DNA of 64,000 bases from Carcharhinus longimanus (lineage: Eukaryota). Below are positions 35,853 through 48,650 of this stretch, one piece after another. The notes beneath the pieces are model-generated. The model was not told the DNA's origin, did no database searches, and saw only the letters and a list, made by a program, of their open reading frames with translations. The DNA lies in contig JASCQW010000001.1 of assembly GCA_030264375.1 (NCBI GenBank), forward strand, positions 91,411,853 to 91,475,852. Direction: 5' to 3'. Made by a program: the position numbers and the translations under genes. How positions within the stretch are numbered: the stretch's first letter is position 1; every line of letters begins with the position of its first letter.

Positions 35853-37846
35853 CAGAAACCAAATGTGCTACTAGTGAAGGAAGCCGCAGAATCTTGTAGG
35901 CATCCTTTCATTTACCATCAAAGAACTTGCATTAGTCATCCTGGGATCTTATCCCTCTTTACACTCTGTACAAATGAAGTTTACATGAACACAGCTGCTA
36001 CAGCGTGAGAGGAAAGTGGATGGATAAACAAATAAAAGAAATTGTAATTGAAAAGAAAGAGTACAGCTGATAAATTAGCACTGTTTTACACATGGTATAT
36101 AAACAATAATCTAATTGGTGGAATATGCAGCTTGTTCAGCATTTTTTCTGACATTTAGATGTGGTGTTACATTACAGACAAGAGTTGGGATTAAATACCT
36201 GGGATGTTTCAAATATTTTATTTACTAAATGCTGAAATGTAGTTACAAATTTACTAATGTTAAATTGAGTTATTTTTATTTGATGTAAATATAACAATGT
36301 TGTTTCATTTGTTACAGCTATGCACTGTAAATGCAGCCTTCTTTTCAATAATTAAATCAAGAATGTAATCACAAGTTAGATGCTAGTGTACACTATTATA
36401 TTTAAAAGGTTGGAGAGGTGTGAAACTGAGATGGCTAAAGTTGTCTGTGTGTCTGCTAGACACATGGACCAATGCTCATTTCCAGTAATGTAGCTTTACA
36501 ATAAACTTGCAACTGAGCAACTTAGAAAATGAATCATGTCACCACTCCCATCAATATGTTTAATCATTAAAGGTGCTTTCATTTTTGTCCTTTACATAAA
36601 ATTAGATAAGAATTAATTTATCAGGAGAAAAATGTGAAGAGTTTACTCATGATTTATTTGTGATTTCAGATAAAATTGTCAGGTGTGTTCTGAAATTATA
36701 GCCCATTATTAATTAATTCATGGTAGCATTATCCCACAAATTTCATTTATTCAGAGGAAAAGTAAAGCCAATTGAAGCATGGATAAGTAAATTACAAATC
36801 AGTTTATCTTCATGATTTGTTGAGAAGAGAAACAAGATTCCTGTGAATAGTGCTAACGCCATCCCACTCCCCATACGAACATATCACAGCTACACTATTC
36901 ACCTAAGCTCATTTAGCTTTGAGCAAAAGCAGGTGACATTTTGTTCACGTGACCATCGTTAATTTGTATTGTGAAATTTGAATGTTTGTCATTGGAAAAT
37001 TGTCTTCACATGTTTGCTAAACTGAGTTCTCAACTTTGTAAGTATATATTAATAGCAATATAAAAGTTTTTGACTTAGCCATTCATTACCTGTAGTACCT
37101 CTAGTGTTTGATCTCTGTTCAGACTATTAATAGATAAAGTTTTCAGGTCTTTTAATTCATTGTATCACGTGATGCCAAACTGAGGTTTACATTTTCTTCC
37201 CTGGATTTTGAAAATTCTCCTCTTTATTGTAATAGCAAGATTGTAAAAATAAATACAAAAAATAGCAATAAATGTTTATTTTTAAAAATCTAATTTTAGC
37301 ATATCATGTTGTGAGGTGAAGGACCAGGCACATTACCCAGCTTCTTTAGGTGCTTTTTGTGTGTTAAATTTCTGACCTATTGCTACTACAGTATTTCATA
37401 GTTTTGTGTGTAGCAATGGCTAACCTGAACAAATTAAGTGAAACTATGTGTTCGTAACTAATGTTAGTTCTCAGCTATCCTTTATAACTTGGGTAATGAT
37501 GTTTTTGTCCTGTCTGGCAAACGTGATGATTTTAATGATTGTAATATAAAATTTGCTCTGTACAATAACTGGAATAGCAATGTAATATATCAGTTAATTA
37601 TTCTTAATTTTAATTAAAGTAAATTCTGAGGACACTGTGCTTTTAGGTTTGTGGGTGATGATACAATAGTTGATGGGACTGTACTGACCAGGAAATGTGA
37701 GAAGGAACATCCATGTGAGCTTCCTTTGTCTGACACTTCTACCTGTAATGTGTGGTTGAACCATTGTATAGAATTACTGTGTTTTTTTTAAATGTGCAGT
37801 TCTCATCAACCTCACTGGACTAATAAAGGGAAACAATGTTTCAAAC
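35853..37846 (+). other. PPARGC1A: PPARGC1A 3'UTR (about 2 kb, no recognisable transposons)
   Basis: Follows the stop codon; blocks gtttacatgaacacagctgct, ctatgcactgtaaatgcagccttcttttcaa and aaatgtgcagt...ctcactg..ctaataaagggaaac resemble the mammalian UTR as recalled. Confidence 0.75.
37822..37827 (+). terminator. Polyadenylation signal AATAAA (predicted distal PAS)
   Basis: AATAAA within ctaataaagggaaacaatgtttcaaa, resembling the recalled 3' end of mammalian PPARGC1A mRNA. Confidence 0.75.
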
Positions 37847-37899
37847 TGCCCATGTGTGGAATCATCATAAAATCAAAACAAGCTCAGTTTGCTTGTCAG

Positions 37900-38340
37900 A
37901 TTTGGGTTAGTTGCGAGCATTCTTGCCTCTAAATCAGATGTGGGTTCAAGTCCCAATCCATGTACTTGAGTATAAAATTCTGGCTGACATTCCAGTGTAG
38001 TATTGAGGGAATACTGCACTGCTGGAGGTGTTTTATTTTAGACATGTTAAAGCAAACCTTTGCCTGTTCTCTAAGATAGCAATCTCACAGCACTATTTCA
38101 AAAAGGAGTAGGTAATTTATCCCATGGGCCTGGCCAATATTTATCTCTCAATGAGCTTCACAAAAACATACTGACTAGTCATTATCGCTTTGCTGTTTGT
38201 GAGAGTTTCTTGTGTGCAAATTAACTGCAGCATTTCCTATAATATGACAGTAACTACACTTCAGAGATATTTCATTGGTTTGAAAGTTTTGGAACATGCT
38301 GAGATCATAAAAGGTGCTATATAAATGCAAGTTTTTTTTT
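37900..38340 (+). mobile_element. DeuSINE-type (SacSINE1-like) ancient SINE
   Basis: tRNA-like head (ggttcaagtccca), Deu-domain-like tgcactgctggaggtg...gcactatttcaa...cctggccaatatttatc, tail gctatataaatgcaagtttt. Confidence 0.65.
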
Positions 38341-38959
38341 CTTTCCTCTGCTTTATGAGCTTAATTTTTTAAAATTAGATCCAAATGAATAAGGAAATTA
38401 AGAATTAGTTTTTGTGTCATGTTTTAAACTTGTTTTTTGAAGACAGATAGGGAATGGAATGCTTTCCATTTTGGTTATAACAGTGCAACACTCATGTGAA
38501 TGCTGTCAGGTCAGATTAAGCACAGGTAGGTTCTCCCCTCCTCCTCCCCCCACCCCAAATTTGAAACAGAAGTCCTACTGCACTAGCATGGTAGTATTTC
38601 TGTTTCCCGTACTAGTCTTTCTGAACATAGTTGCCAACTTAGTGCCAGATCAAACTCATTTTTTGGGTAAGATTTTCTTGGAAATTATTAAAGGCCAATT
38701 CTTGGTAAGCAAGGGGTTGATAGGTCATTGGGAGTAGGCTAAATGCAGATTTGAGGTTAATAACAGATCAGCCATGATCTTATATGGTGGGCAGGCTTGA
38801 GGGGCTGAATGGCCTATTTCTGCTCCTTGCTTGTATGTCCTCAGTGGAGAAGGCCAGAAAATATTTGAGCAGTTGAGTGAAGGCTGTCCAGCTATGATAT
38901 GGTGGTAAGTGTTCTCAAAAAAAAATACTTGAGGTGATCAAGCAATATGCATTCAGCCA

Positions 38960-39038
38960 GAGATGATGTGGATATGCCAGCGTTGGACTGGGGTAAACAC
39001 AGTAAAAAGTCTGACAACACCAGGTTTAAGTCCAACCG
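38960..39038 (-). mobile_element. Penelope-like terminal repeat fragment abutting a gap
   Basis: gatgtggatatgccagcgttggactggggtaaacacagtaaaaagtctgacaacaccaggtttaagtccaac approximates the reverse complement of 8360-8435. Confidence 0.7.
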
Positions 39039-42000
39039 NNNNNNNNNNNNNNNNNNNNNNNNNNNNNNNNNNNNNNNNNNNNNNNNNNNNNNNNNNNNNN
39101 NNNNNNNNNNNNNNNNNNNNNNNNNNNNNNNNNNNNNNNNNNNNNNNNNNNNNNNNNNNNNNNNNNNNNNNNNNNNNNNNNNNNNNNNNNNNNNNNNNNN
39201 NNNNNNNNNNNNNNNNNNNNNNNNNNNNNNNNNNNNNNNNNNNNNNNNNNNNNNNNNNNNNNNNNNNNNNNNNNNNNNNNNNNNNNNNNNNNNNNNNNNN
39301 NNNNNNNNNNNNNNNNNNNNNNNNNACTGATCTATTTCACTGCGCTTGACTGATTAAGGCCTCTAAGGGAAAAATAAACAAATGCTTTCAGAGAAGAGAC
39401 CTGAGAAGCCTGAACTATGAACATTTGTTTTGAAAACCTATGATTGTTGAGATACTTTAAAACACTATAAATAAACCTGTTGTACACTTAGAACCAGTGT
39501 CAATTCTGCATCACTCTGAGGTAAATCAGGTATCTAAAATATAAAACAAACTAGTGAATACACAAATAACATGTCCCACATTACCAGTTGCTATTGTCTC
39601 AGATTTGCTTGTTTGGTCATTAACACTTAACAGGATTGCTAAATCTTATACAATAACATATATTCGTCAATGTTTTACCAGACTTCATTCTGAAACCACA
39701 ACCTAAACTTCTACTATTGTAATTCATGAATCATGTTTCCAGAGTAAAACATAAGACTTAACTTTTCACATTGAAGCAATGACCATCAAAGCTGAATGCT
39801 GATTGCCCTACCTCTGCTCCACATACATAACTATTCAGCAACATGAACACAGATGGTGGCAGATTGCCTATAGCATCTAGAAGAGTGTCATTAAAATGTG
39901 ATTTTTCAATAGAATCAGTAAACATGCTTGAGTTACATTTCTACAGTTACCAAATGCTATGCATGATTCTGCATTGATGAGGTAATTCGTGCCTAGGTCC
40001 TTTAATATGATTAACTTTGAGTTTCATCCTCCCGTGTTCCTCTTATGGTGATTATCGCACAGAATTTCAAACAAACACAAAGTTATTTCAGCCTCAGTGT
40101 AGTGAAAAATCCATTTATAGAAACAAATTATTAGGGCCCTGAAACCAAGACTTACATCTGTATGTTTAAGATGAAGAAATAGAGATAATAGAACATATGC
40201 AGGCATTGCCTATAGTCTGGAAATTGTGTATGGCATTTGAATCTGTGATATAGAGACAACTAAATTAAAACAATCCCTTGAGAGAAAACAATTAAGATAC
40301 AACTGAATGTTATGAACTTCAAGAAATGTCATTCATATGAACTAGATTTAGGCAAGTTTTTTTTCTTTTTTGCATTTTCTTATACCATCATAAGACGGAG
40401 GACTGCACCACCTGCTAGGCTGTTCTCAGAAACATGTGATTGTAAAAAAAAATATTTTATTCAAATAAAAGTTGTAATTTCATTTAATTAACATCTGCTG
40501 GTATTTTTAAATTGACTTACATTGTTCTCCCTTTTCCCATGAGGTGACGGATAAGATTTTATTTATATTTACATTGGAGCATGATGCCACTTGTGATAAG
40601 TGTCAGATGCATTCCATTTATATTCTTACTATTAATGAGATACTCTGATTCTACCCAACAGGCTAATTGCACCTAAGTTACAGATTTACATTCAGCAAAT
40701 CCAGAATTGCTGTTCACAAAAAACTTATTATTTTGTGTTGAATAAATAGAATGTCAGACCACTAAGTTCAAAGGAGTGATTACTGATGTTTTATATTACC
40801 CTAGTTTAATAGTTGGTAGCACTCTTGTGCTGAGTCAGAGAAATGTAGCTCTAGATGTCATAATAGACAGGGGCCTGGATTTTGCACGCCTGTTTGCGTC
40901 AGGCGGGTTTGGTAATAGCAATGGAAAATATTGTGAGAAGTGCAAAATGGCATTTTATGCCAGTGTGAAAACTTATCACAATCACTCCCTCCCCCATCAG
41001 TGGTGGGCTGTGTTCCTGCCATTCAGGCCCAAATGCTAAATTCATATTCACCCATCAAATAATCCACCCACGGCAGTGTGATGTCAGAATAGCGCAAATC
41101 ACAACTAGCTTCAAAAGCTGTGCACCTGATGAGAAGACCTCCAAAGGGACCTCCGAGATGAGTGCTGCTCCATGTATTCAGGGGAAGCAGGATATTGGAG
41201 CTTTATTTGGGGTTCACCAGACTTGACCAGGGGATATGAAAGCTTGTTTCAAAGGGGTACTGGGGTTTGACTCAAAGGGAGATTGGAGTAAAACTGGATG
41301 GGTACTCGTGTAAGACGAGAACTGGGGTAAGACTGGAAGGGTACTGCAAGATACCTGGGTGTGGACCCCAGGGTACCTGGGTCCTAATTGGGCCTCACAG
41401 AGAGAAGGGAAGCTTGGGACAGTGCAGTGGGTGGGGGGAGGAGAGGGGGAGGTGGAAAGTCATCATGAATGATGGTTCACTGAAATCTGGGGTGGGGACA
41501 TCAGGAGGCAGTCTGTTGAGCCGGACAAGGATAATTGAAAAATTTGTAAGTTACCAATATGCTGTTGAAGCTGAGATCACTCAGTTGCAACTCAATTGAC
41601 ATGCCTGGAATCAAATAAGGCACGGTATTATGCCCACTCAAGCATCACTTATGTTTGTGAGTGCAACTGATTACTGCTCAGCATTTAACCCTTGAAGCAT
41701 TAATTTTCAAAGTTGGTGACTGCCATGGTGTGTCTGTACCATTGGCTAACTGGGCAAGCAACTATATTCACTTAGAGAGTTGGCAATCACAGGCTGCCTG
41801 AGGAGAATGCTCCTCATCCTTGGCAGTGTGCTAAGGTGCAAATTGGCAAGTCCTCCCCCACCTCCCCATACACTAGGTTGGGCACATGATTTGGGGGTAA
41901 AGTTTTGGACAATGCCTGCACCTGAAATTAGAGCTCAGGATGCAGTAGAGTGGCCAAAGCTATGGCCATTTGGTCATGTGGTGTTTAAGGCTGGTGTGCA

Positions 42001-42329
42001 GAGTTGCCAAAGCAGAATGCAAACTAAGGACTGGGTATCAATATTGTTGCGAAGACAAGAGTCAGCGGATTTTGAGAGATAGCTACAGGTGATGAATTGC
42101 CAAAGAGCAGTCCTTAGGAGATAAATGCTAATTGGAAAGTCTCTCTTTCTGATACTTACATGTGGAGAACATACAGAACCGGTGTTTCCCCCATCATTCT
42201 TTTACTCATAGACAGTGATGATTGGCTCATCAAAGGCATCAGTAATACCATGAAAAGAAAGGGTTGGCATGACCTGTTCTGCATGCAGAGGATGAACTCC
42301 AGAGAGCCGTCTCTCAGAAGCACTTCATT

Positions 42330-43400
42330 AGATTAAGGGTTTATAGCTGAGGCCTAACATACCTGCAGGTGTTGAGAACTAGTGTCAATAGTCTATTCAA
42401 ATCCAGGAAACTGGTTGGTCACATCTGCAACTTTCTACAAGATTCAGGGCCATGGGGGCCTGGAGGGCATTTGCCTCTAAGGTTACTCAACGTTACTGCA
42501 GTGCTCAATATTTATGTCAGTGGCTCCTTACAGAGCTCCACAGTTCGCCTTTGGGATTTCGCAAGCCTCTACACACGAGTGCATCCAGGAGGCGAGGGCA
42601 CACAAGTTTGTCCATTTCAACTGGGATCAGGCAAGCCAGGCTTTGCACAAATCTCTGGTTTTCCATAGGTGAAGCATACCATCAATTGCACTCAAGCTTC
42701 CACTTATTGAATGTTTAGCTGGTCTGCAACCACAACAAACACATCGTGCAGGTGTGTGTTTGATTCCCAGGGAGTGTGCATGATTCCTACATTCTGAACC
42801 ACTTTCAGATCCCTGATATCTTTTAGGATCCACAAAGGCTTCATGGTTGGCTCCTCAGGGACAAGGGCTGCCCACTGAAAAGGAGGAAGCCACAGAGTGC
42901 TATTGAAACAAGGTACAATGAGACTGATGCTACAACTTCCAATTTGGTGGATCAGACCATAGGGATGCTGAAGATGAGGTTCCCGTGCTTGGAACGGTCT
43001 GATGGAACCGTGCAATACAGTTCGCGGAAGGTGTCATGCCATAAGAACATAAGAAATAGGAGCAGGAGTAGGCCATCTAGCCCTTCGAGCCTGCNNNNNN
43101 NNNNNNNNNNNNNNNNNNNNNNNNNNNNNNNNNNNNNNNNNNNNNNNNNNNNNNNNNNNNNNNNNNNNNNNNNNNNNNNNNNNNNNNNNNNNNNCCGCCA
43201 TTTCTTTCAGAACCCTCGGGTGCATTCCATCCGGTCCTGGGGACTTGTCCACAATCAGTCCCTCCAGTCTGCCAATGTTGTCGTCTGCTGTGCTCTGCAC
43301 CACTGGGTGCTGCAGCGAGGGGGAGGAACTGCCTGAGGAGGAGATGGAAAAAGGCATGTTTCCTCTGATGGATGTTGAAGGGAGAGGATGCTGGCCATGA
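42330..43400 (+). pseudogene. PIF/Harbinger DDE transposase fossil, interrupted by a CR1 insertion (43040-43277, minus strand)
   Basis: Ordered motifs TAVLNIYVSGSLQ, GISQASTHECI, FAQISGFP, FHLLNV*LVCNH, FPGSVHDSYIL, RYNE, DQTIGMLKMRFPCLERSDGTVQYS, VCCALHH; stops and frameshifts. Confidence 0.85.
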
Positions 43401-43434
43401 AGCAATAGCAATGGCCAGATGAGGCAAATGTGTT

Positions 43435-44130
43435 TTTTTATTCATTTGTGTGGCATGGGTGTCACTGGCTGGCCAGCATTTATTGCCCATTCCTAGTTGC
43501 CCAAGGGTAGTTGAGTGTCAACCACATTGCTGTGGATCTGGGGTCACACACAGGCCAGACTAGGTAAGGACAGCAGGTTTCCTTACCTAAAGGACAATAG
43601 TAAACCAAATGGGTTTTTCCAACAATTAACAATGGTTTCACGGTCATCAGTAAATTCTTAGTTCCAGATATTTTTTGTTGAATTCAAATTCACCCAGCTG
43701 CCATGGCAGGATTTGAACCCGGGTCCCCAGAACGGTAGCTGAGTTCCTGGATTAATAATCTAATGATGATACCTCTAGGCCATCGCCTCACTGAATGTCT
43801 TTATCACTCTCCATGAGTCTAGTAGCCCATGTTTAACCTGATGCCATCAGACTTCAGGGGGTCCAGAGACAATGTCGAGAACTCCCAGGACAACTTCCTC
43901 CTGACCACTGTTCCACCACTTCTGCTGAGTCTGACCTGTTGATGGGACAGGAAATTTCCAGAGATTTTGTTGGTAGTGTCTGGGACGTTATCTGTCAGAT
44001 ATGATTCTGTGAATATGACTATGTCAACCAATTACTTGACTAATCTCCTAATTTTAGCACAATCCCCCAGATTTTGCAAGGTTGACAGGACTGGGTAAAC
44101 TGTTGTTATTTCTGATATCTAGTTTGATGC
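43435..44130 (-). mobile_element. SINE plus L2/CR1-superfamily endonuclease fragment
   Basis: Tail shared with the 57477 and 59200 elements; ORF 43819-44031(-) DIVIFTESYLTDNVPDT..ISG...QVR.SRSGGTVV is APE-like. Confidence 0.65.
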
Positions 44131-44599
44131 TGGTGCTCCATCTAGTTTGATTCCTTTTTGATTTTATAACGGTTTAGTACAACTGAGTGGTTTGCATTTC
44201 AGGCATCATTTAAGAGTTAACCATATAAGTCACGTGTGTCAGACCAGCTAAGGATGGCAGATTTTCTTCACTGAAGGGCAATAGTGAACTAAATGGGTTT
44301 TTTTATGATAACTGACAAGATTTCTTCATGGGGGTTTCAGTTACAGTGAGACCATGGAGAGGGAAGAGACATCCTTACCTTCTAACCACAGTACTTAGAG
44401 CTAGAGCAGTGTCACCTCAGTCTCAGAGAAGTCTGCAATTACAGGCCTGTGTCATCTCCTGAAACAACACCTACAAATAATTGCTATAGTTGGCACTGCA
44501 TTGTCTGTTGCAGTCAGAGTGACATTAATTAATTTTTTAGTTAGTGTTTAAAATATGGAAATATTTAACCATAATCATATATGTATAAAATAATGACAA

Positions 44600-44950
44600 G
44601 TCATAATAGCAGTGCTGCAGGGGCGATTTCAGCAATTGCAGCCAATCGATAGCACATACTCACATTAAGCAGGTGACTGGTGATATGTTTGCAAAAGCAA
44701 ACAGACTCACTTTCCCCGAGTAACCAAAAAAACAGCAGGATTTTAGCTCTGGAATGCGTGCTGTGATGTCATTGGATGCAGAAAGTCACCGGAAAGCTTC
44801 CTGGTAATGAACATTGCTGCCTTCATAAACAGAAAAGCATTCTACTCCACTAATGTACAGTTGGTTTATGATCACCAGGAGTGCACAATGCATGTCATTC
44901 TGTATCTACTTTTTTGGAAGCTGCTGTAATATTTTTATATTCTGCCAATC
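44600..44950 (+). pseudogene. Second, older Harbinger transposase fragment
   Basis: AFINRKAFYSTNVQLVYDHQ at 44818-44878 matches the NRKGF.S.NVQ.VCD motif. Confidence 0.65.
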
Positions 44951-46290
44951 CTCCATGCTTCAACTCTTTGATCTTGCATAGCAAAAGGAAGGCTGGTTAC
45001 TGCCTGTTGCGAAGCTGGGCAGAGTAATTATACATTGGTATTTGTAAAATTGTAAGATGTTAGGGAGAAAGCATTGCATGGTTCCTTTAAAAGGTGGTGG
45101 TTTTTCTGTGCTTAGAGAGTTAAAAAATAATGCAAGTTCATAGAGAGCCCCAAACTGAAACATTTGTATCAAAAACCCAAGTAGCAGTTTTTAAACAAGA
45201 TCTTTCAGAATTTTTTGAATTTAGCCAATAAATTTGAATTAGACATTTAGATACCAAGAATGTATTAAATTTAAATCTGATGTTTTGACAACCTACAATC
45301 AATCCTATTGTGGGAAATATTGATTTGTCATCACAGGTATAAAAGAAGGGGGACAAAAAAGGTAGAGCAACTGCCACCTGCCAGAAAAAACAGCTCACAT
45401 CTCTCAGAGAGAGAGAAAATTACGGACTCTCATAACTTCATCAATGTCTTGGAGAAAGCACCATCAAGGTAGCAAAGGTACCAAAGAAGAAAAAAGTTCC
45501 ATACACAAGAATCAACAGAAAAGTCCCAGACTATTCCAGAAGACAGAAAACCTGATGGCAATTTAGAAAGTGACTAAATTCTATTTGTTAATTAGCGGGA
45601 ATTGTGTTTATTGGAACAGCATACCATTAGAACTTTGTTTTATTCGGTTTGTTTGTAGTTTAATGAATTTGATCACTATTATGTGTTGATATAAGAATGA
45701 ATGTTTGGGATTTATTTTGTATTTAACCACTAGAAGTTGCTGAAGTGTGGGTTACATCATTTCAAACACAATTTTTACAGATTATGAGGCAAGGTACTCC
45801 TCTTTGGGTATTTTTGTGTTAGTTCCATTTTGTAACACTGCCTAAACACTTGACTTATGATCTGTCCCAAGAAGTTACATCTGGTGCTGAAACTATGCTA
45901 CAGTTATATTCCTGGTTGAACTGAAACCCTCATCAAGTAAACCATTGGAGTCTTCAAGCAAGAATTCTGATTTGTGAGCATATCAGGTAGTCTCCTGCAA
46001 GACCATCCATGAATCCAGTTTCATTTGACTATGATATGCTGTTACATGTTGCACAACCTCCCTCTGCAACAGGGAACCCCCATTAGGTGAGTAACCTTCA
46101 GCAGAATGATGAAGTTGACAGCAGGTTATGAGAAAACAACAAGACATCAACATCAGGCTGCAGCCCTTTTGCAATGAGCAACTCATCAATCCCACCTCTG
46201 CAATAACAGTTATGACCAAATCTCTCCCAGATCCTTGACTCTTCACTTCTACTCAAAGGTCAAGATTAACATGCAAGTCATTTAGTAATG

Positions 46291-46752
46291 GTGGCATGAT
46301 GGCACAGTGATTACGCTGCTGCCTCACAGCACCAGGGATCTTCCGGCCTTGGGTGACTGTGGAGTTTGCATGTTCTCCCTGTGTATGCATGGGTTTCCTC
46401 TGGTTGCTCCAGTTTCCCCTCTCAATCCAAACATGTGCAGGTTAGATTGATTGGTCATGCTAAATTGCCCCTTGGTGTCAGGAGGATTAGCAAGGTAAAT
46501 ATGTGGGTTATGGGTAGAGGGCCTGNNNNNNNNNNNNNNNNNNNNNNNNNNNNNNNNNNNNNNNNNNNNNNNNNNNNNNNNNNNNNNNNNNNNNNNNNNN
46601 NNNNNNNNNNNNNNNNNNNNNNNNNCCCTTGGTGTCAGGAGGATTAGCAAGGTAAATATGTGGAGTTACAGGAAGAGCGCTGGGTGGGATTGTTGTCAGT
46701 ATATGCTTGATGGGCCAAATGGCGGCCTCCTGAACTGTAGGGATCCTATGAT
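46291..46752 (+). mobile_element. HE1-like SINE spanning a gap
   Basis: Same head, centre and tail as 3303. Confidence 0.8.
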
Positions 46753-47662
46753 TTTGTGAAAACTAAAGAACATTTTGACACAAAGCTTTCTGCAAAAGTC
46801 TAATCATTTTACTTGCTTACACAAATGCTAGCTGGGTGTGAAAAGGTAGCCTGTAGTACCTTTCTTAGGTGACCTTTTACCTACTCCAAACGAGGTACTC
46901 CCATAGTAGCTTCAGCATGTGGTGATAGGATTTTCTAGCTGGGCCAGTAAGTTAGATGGGGAGGGAGGGGGCAGGGGTGGGGGGGAGGTCAGACTAGCAG
47001 TGGTATTTCTGTAGAGCCAAGATGAGCATTCTCAGTCCTCTTGAATCCATATTACACTCAGTGAAAGTCAAAAACGTACCAATTTTTTGTTGGCTTTCAA
47101 CTACTCCTTCAAGAAACATTGATTAGGCTGTTGTAGCCTCAGGAAAAGTGGAGCCTTAATACTAGTGTTAGGATGTTGATTAGCATAGTTAAGTCTTTAC
47201 TTTTCATAAATTCATGAACGTGGCAAATGCATATCTGTTATACTGACTATTTTACATACATCCACATATGTAAATAAAAACAATTTCTAGTTCAAATCCT
47301 GTGCCTCAGTTTGGTAAGAATATTTATTTAGTCTGCTGCCAATCAAGAAAGGAGATTCACATGGCAGTAAATAACACATTTAAATCATCAGTGTACAGCA
47401 TAAGAATCCCGAGAATAATATATCATTTACCTGGATAGTGAGCAGAAAATTGTAAACTCGAGATCCTGGGTAATGTATGGCCAGCTAGCAGGAGCAGTTG
47501 GTGATGCTGAACCTGAGAGAATATCTAGCTTAAAACATAAAAAAATGAGAAGGGGTTTAAAAACATTTAAAAATGGGAAAAAAAAGCATGCTTTTCTGAC
47601 ATAAATACACTTTCAGATGTTTATTTTTTCGAATTGTATTCTGAAGAGTAGAAATTTCAGTT

Positions 47663-47880
47663 ATAGAGTCATAGAGGTTTACAGCATGGAAACAGGCCCT
47701 TTGGCCCAACTTGTCTATGCCGTTCTTCTTTTTAACCACTAAGCTTGTCCCAGTTGCCCAAATTTGGCCCATATTCCTCTATATCCATCTTACCATGTAA
47801 CTGTCTAAATGCTTTATAAAGACAAAATTGTACCTGCCTCTACTGCTACCTCTGGCAGCTTGTTCCAGACACTTACCACC
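47663..47880 (-). mobile_element. CR1 3' tail
   Basis: atagagtcatagaggtttacagcatggaaacaggccctttggcccaac...cctctggcagcttgttccagac. Confidence 0.75.
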
Positions 47881-48650
47881 AGAAAAATATTCAGAAAAAT
47901 ATGATATGTGGAAATATCCTCTAATTACTATTTGCAAACATACAAAATAAGAGCAGAAGTAGGCCGTTTGGCCCCCTGAGCCTGCTTTCCCATGGAATAA
48001 AACCATGGTTCATCTGTTTGTGATTGGTTATGCAACCTAAATTAGTCTGATGTTGAATCAGCTGTGCTGAGCTGTCTCAAGTAGGTTAGAGCAGCTGTTT
48101 TCCTGGGCTATCCATCTTTATTTTGCTGGAAAAGCGAAAAAAATGCAACAAAGCATCTGAAACTAATCTCATTTCTGCATTTTGAATCTGTCATTTTGAA
48201 AATTTTCATTCAATTAAATAACCTGAGAATGAATGTGCTGCTCCCACAGACGGCATTGAAGATTGGTCACGTAATAAAGACATCCTCAATGCTGGTGAAA
48301 CTGGCTTTTTTTTTCAAAACAAGCTATACACCCAAGCAAAGAGCTAGCTTTCATCAACAAAAAAATGCCCAGGTAGTGACAAAGCCAATCAGTATATTAC
48401 CATCATGGTTTGCACCAGCATGACTAGACACAAAAGGTGCTGGTGGCTGTGAATTCCAAAATCCTGAAGTGCTTTTGTGGCGTTGTTATCTGCAGATACA
48501 ACAGAAATGCATGAATAACTGAGGCTCTTTCCTGAGGTATGGCTGTGCCTCTTTGACGTTGCAAGGCAAAAAAGTCACCTTGATACTTTGGACTGTGCTG
48601 TTCGTGTAATATGTGACTGTGTGTGTGTCTGTGACTGAACTGGAGTTAAT

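Noticed and set aside
46468-46680. Duplicated sequence on both sides of the 46526-46625 gap
   Set aside because: Most likely overlapping or heterozygous contig ends within a SINE
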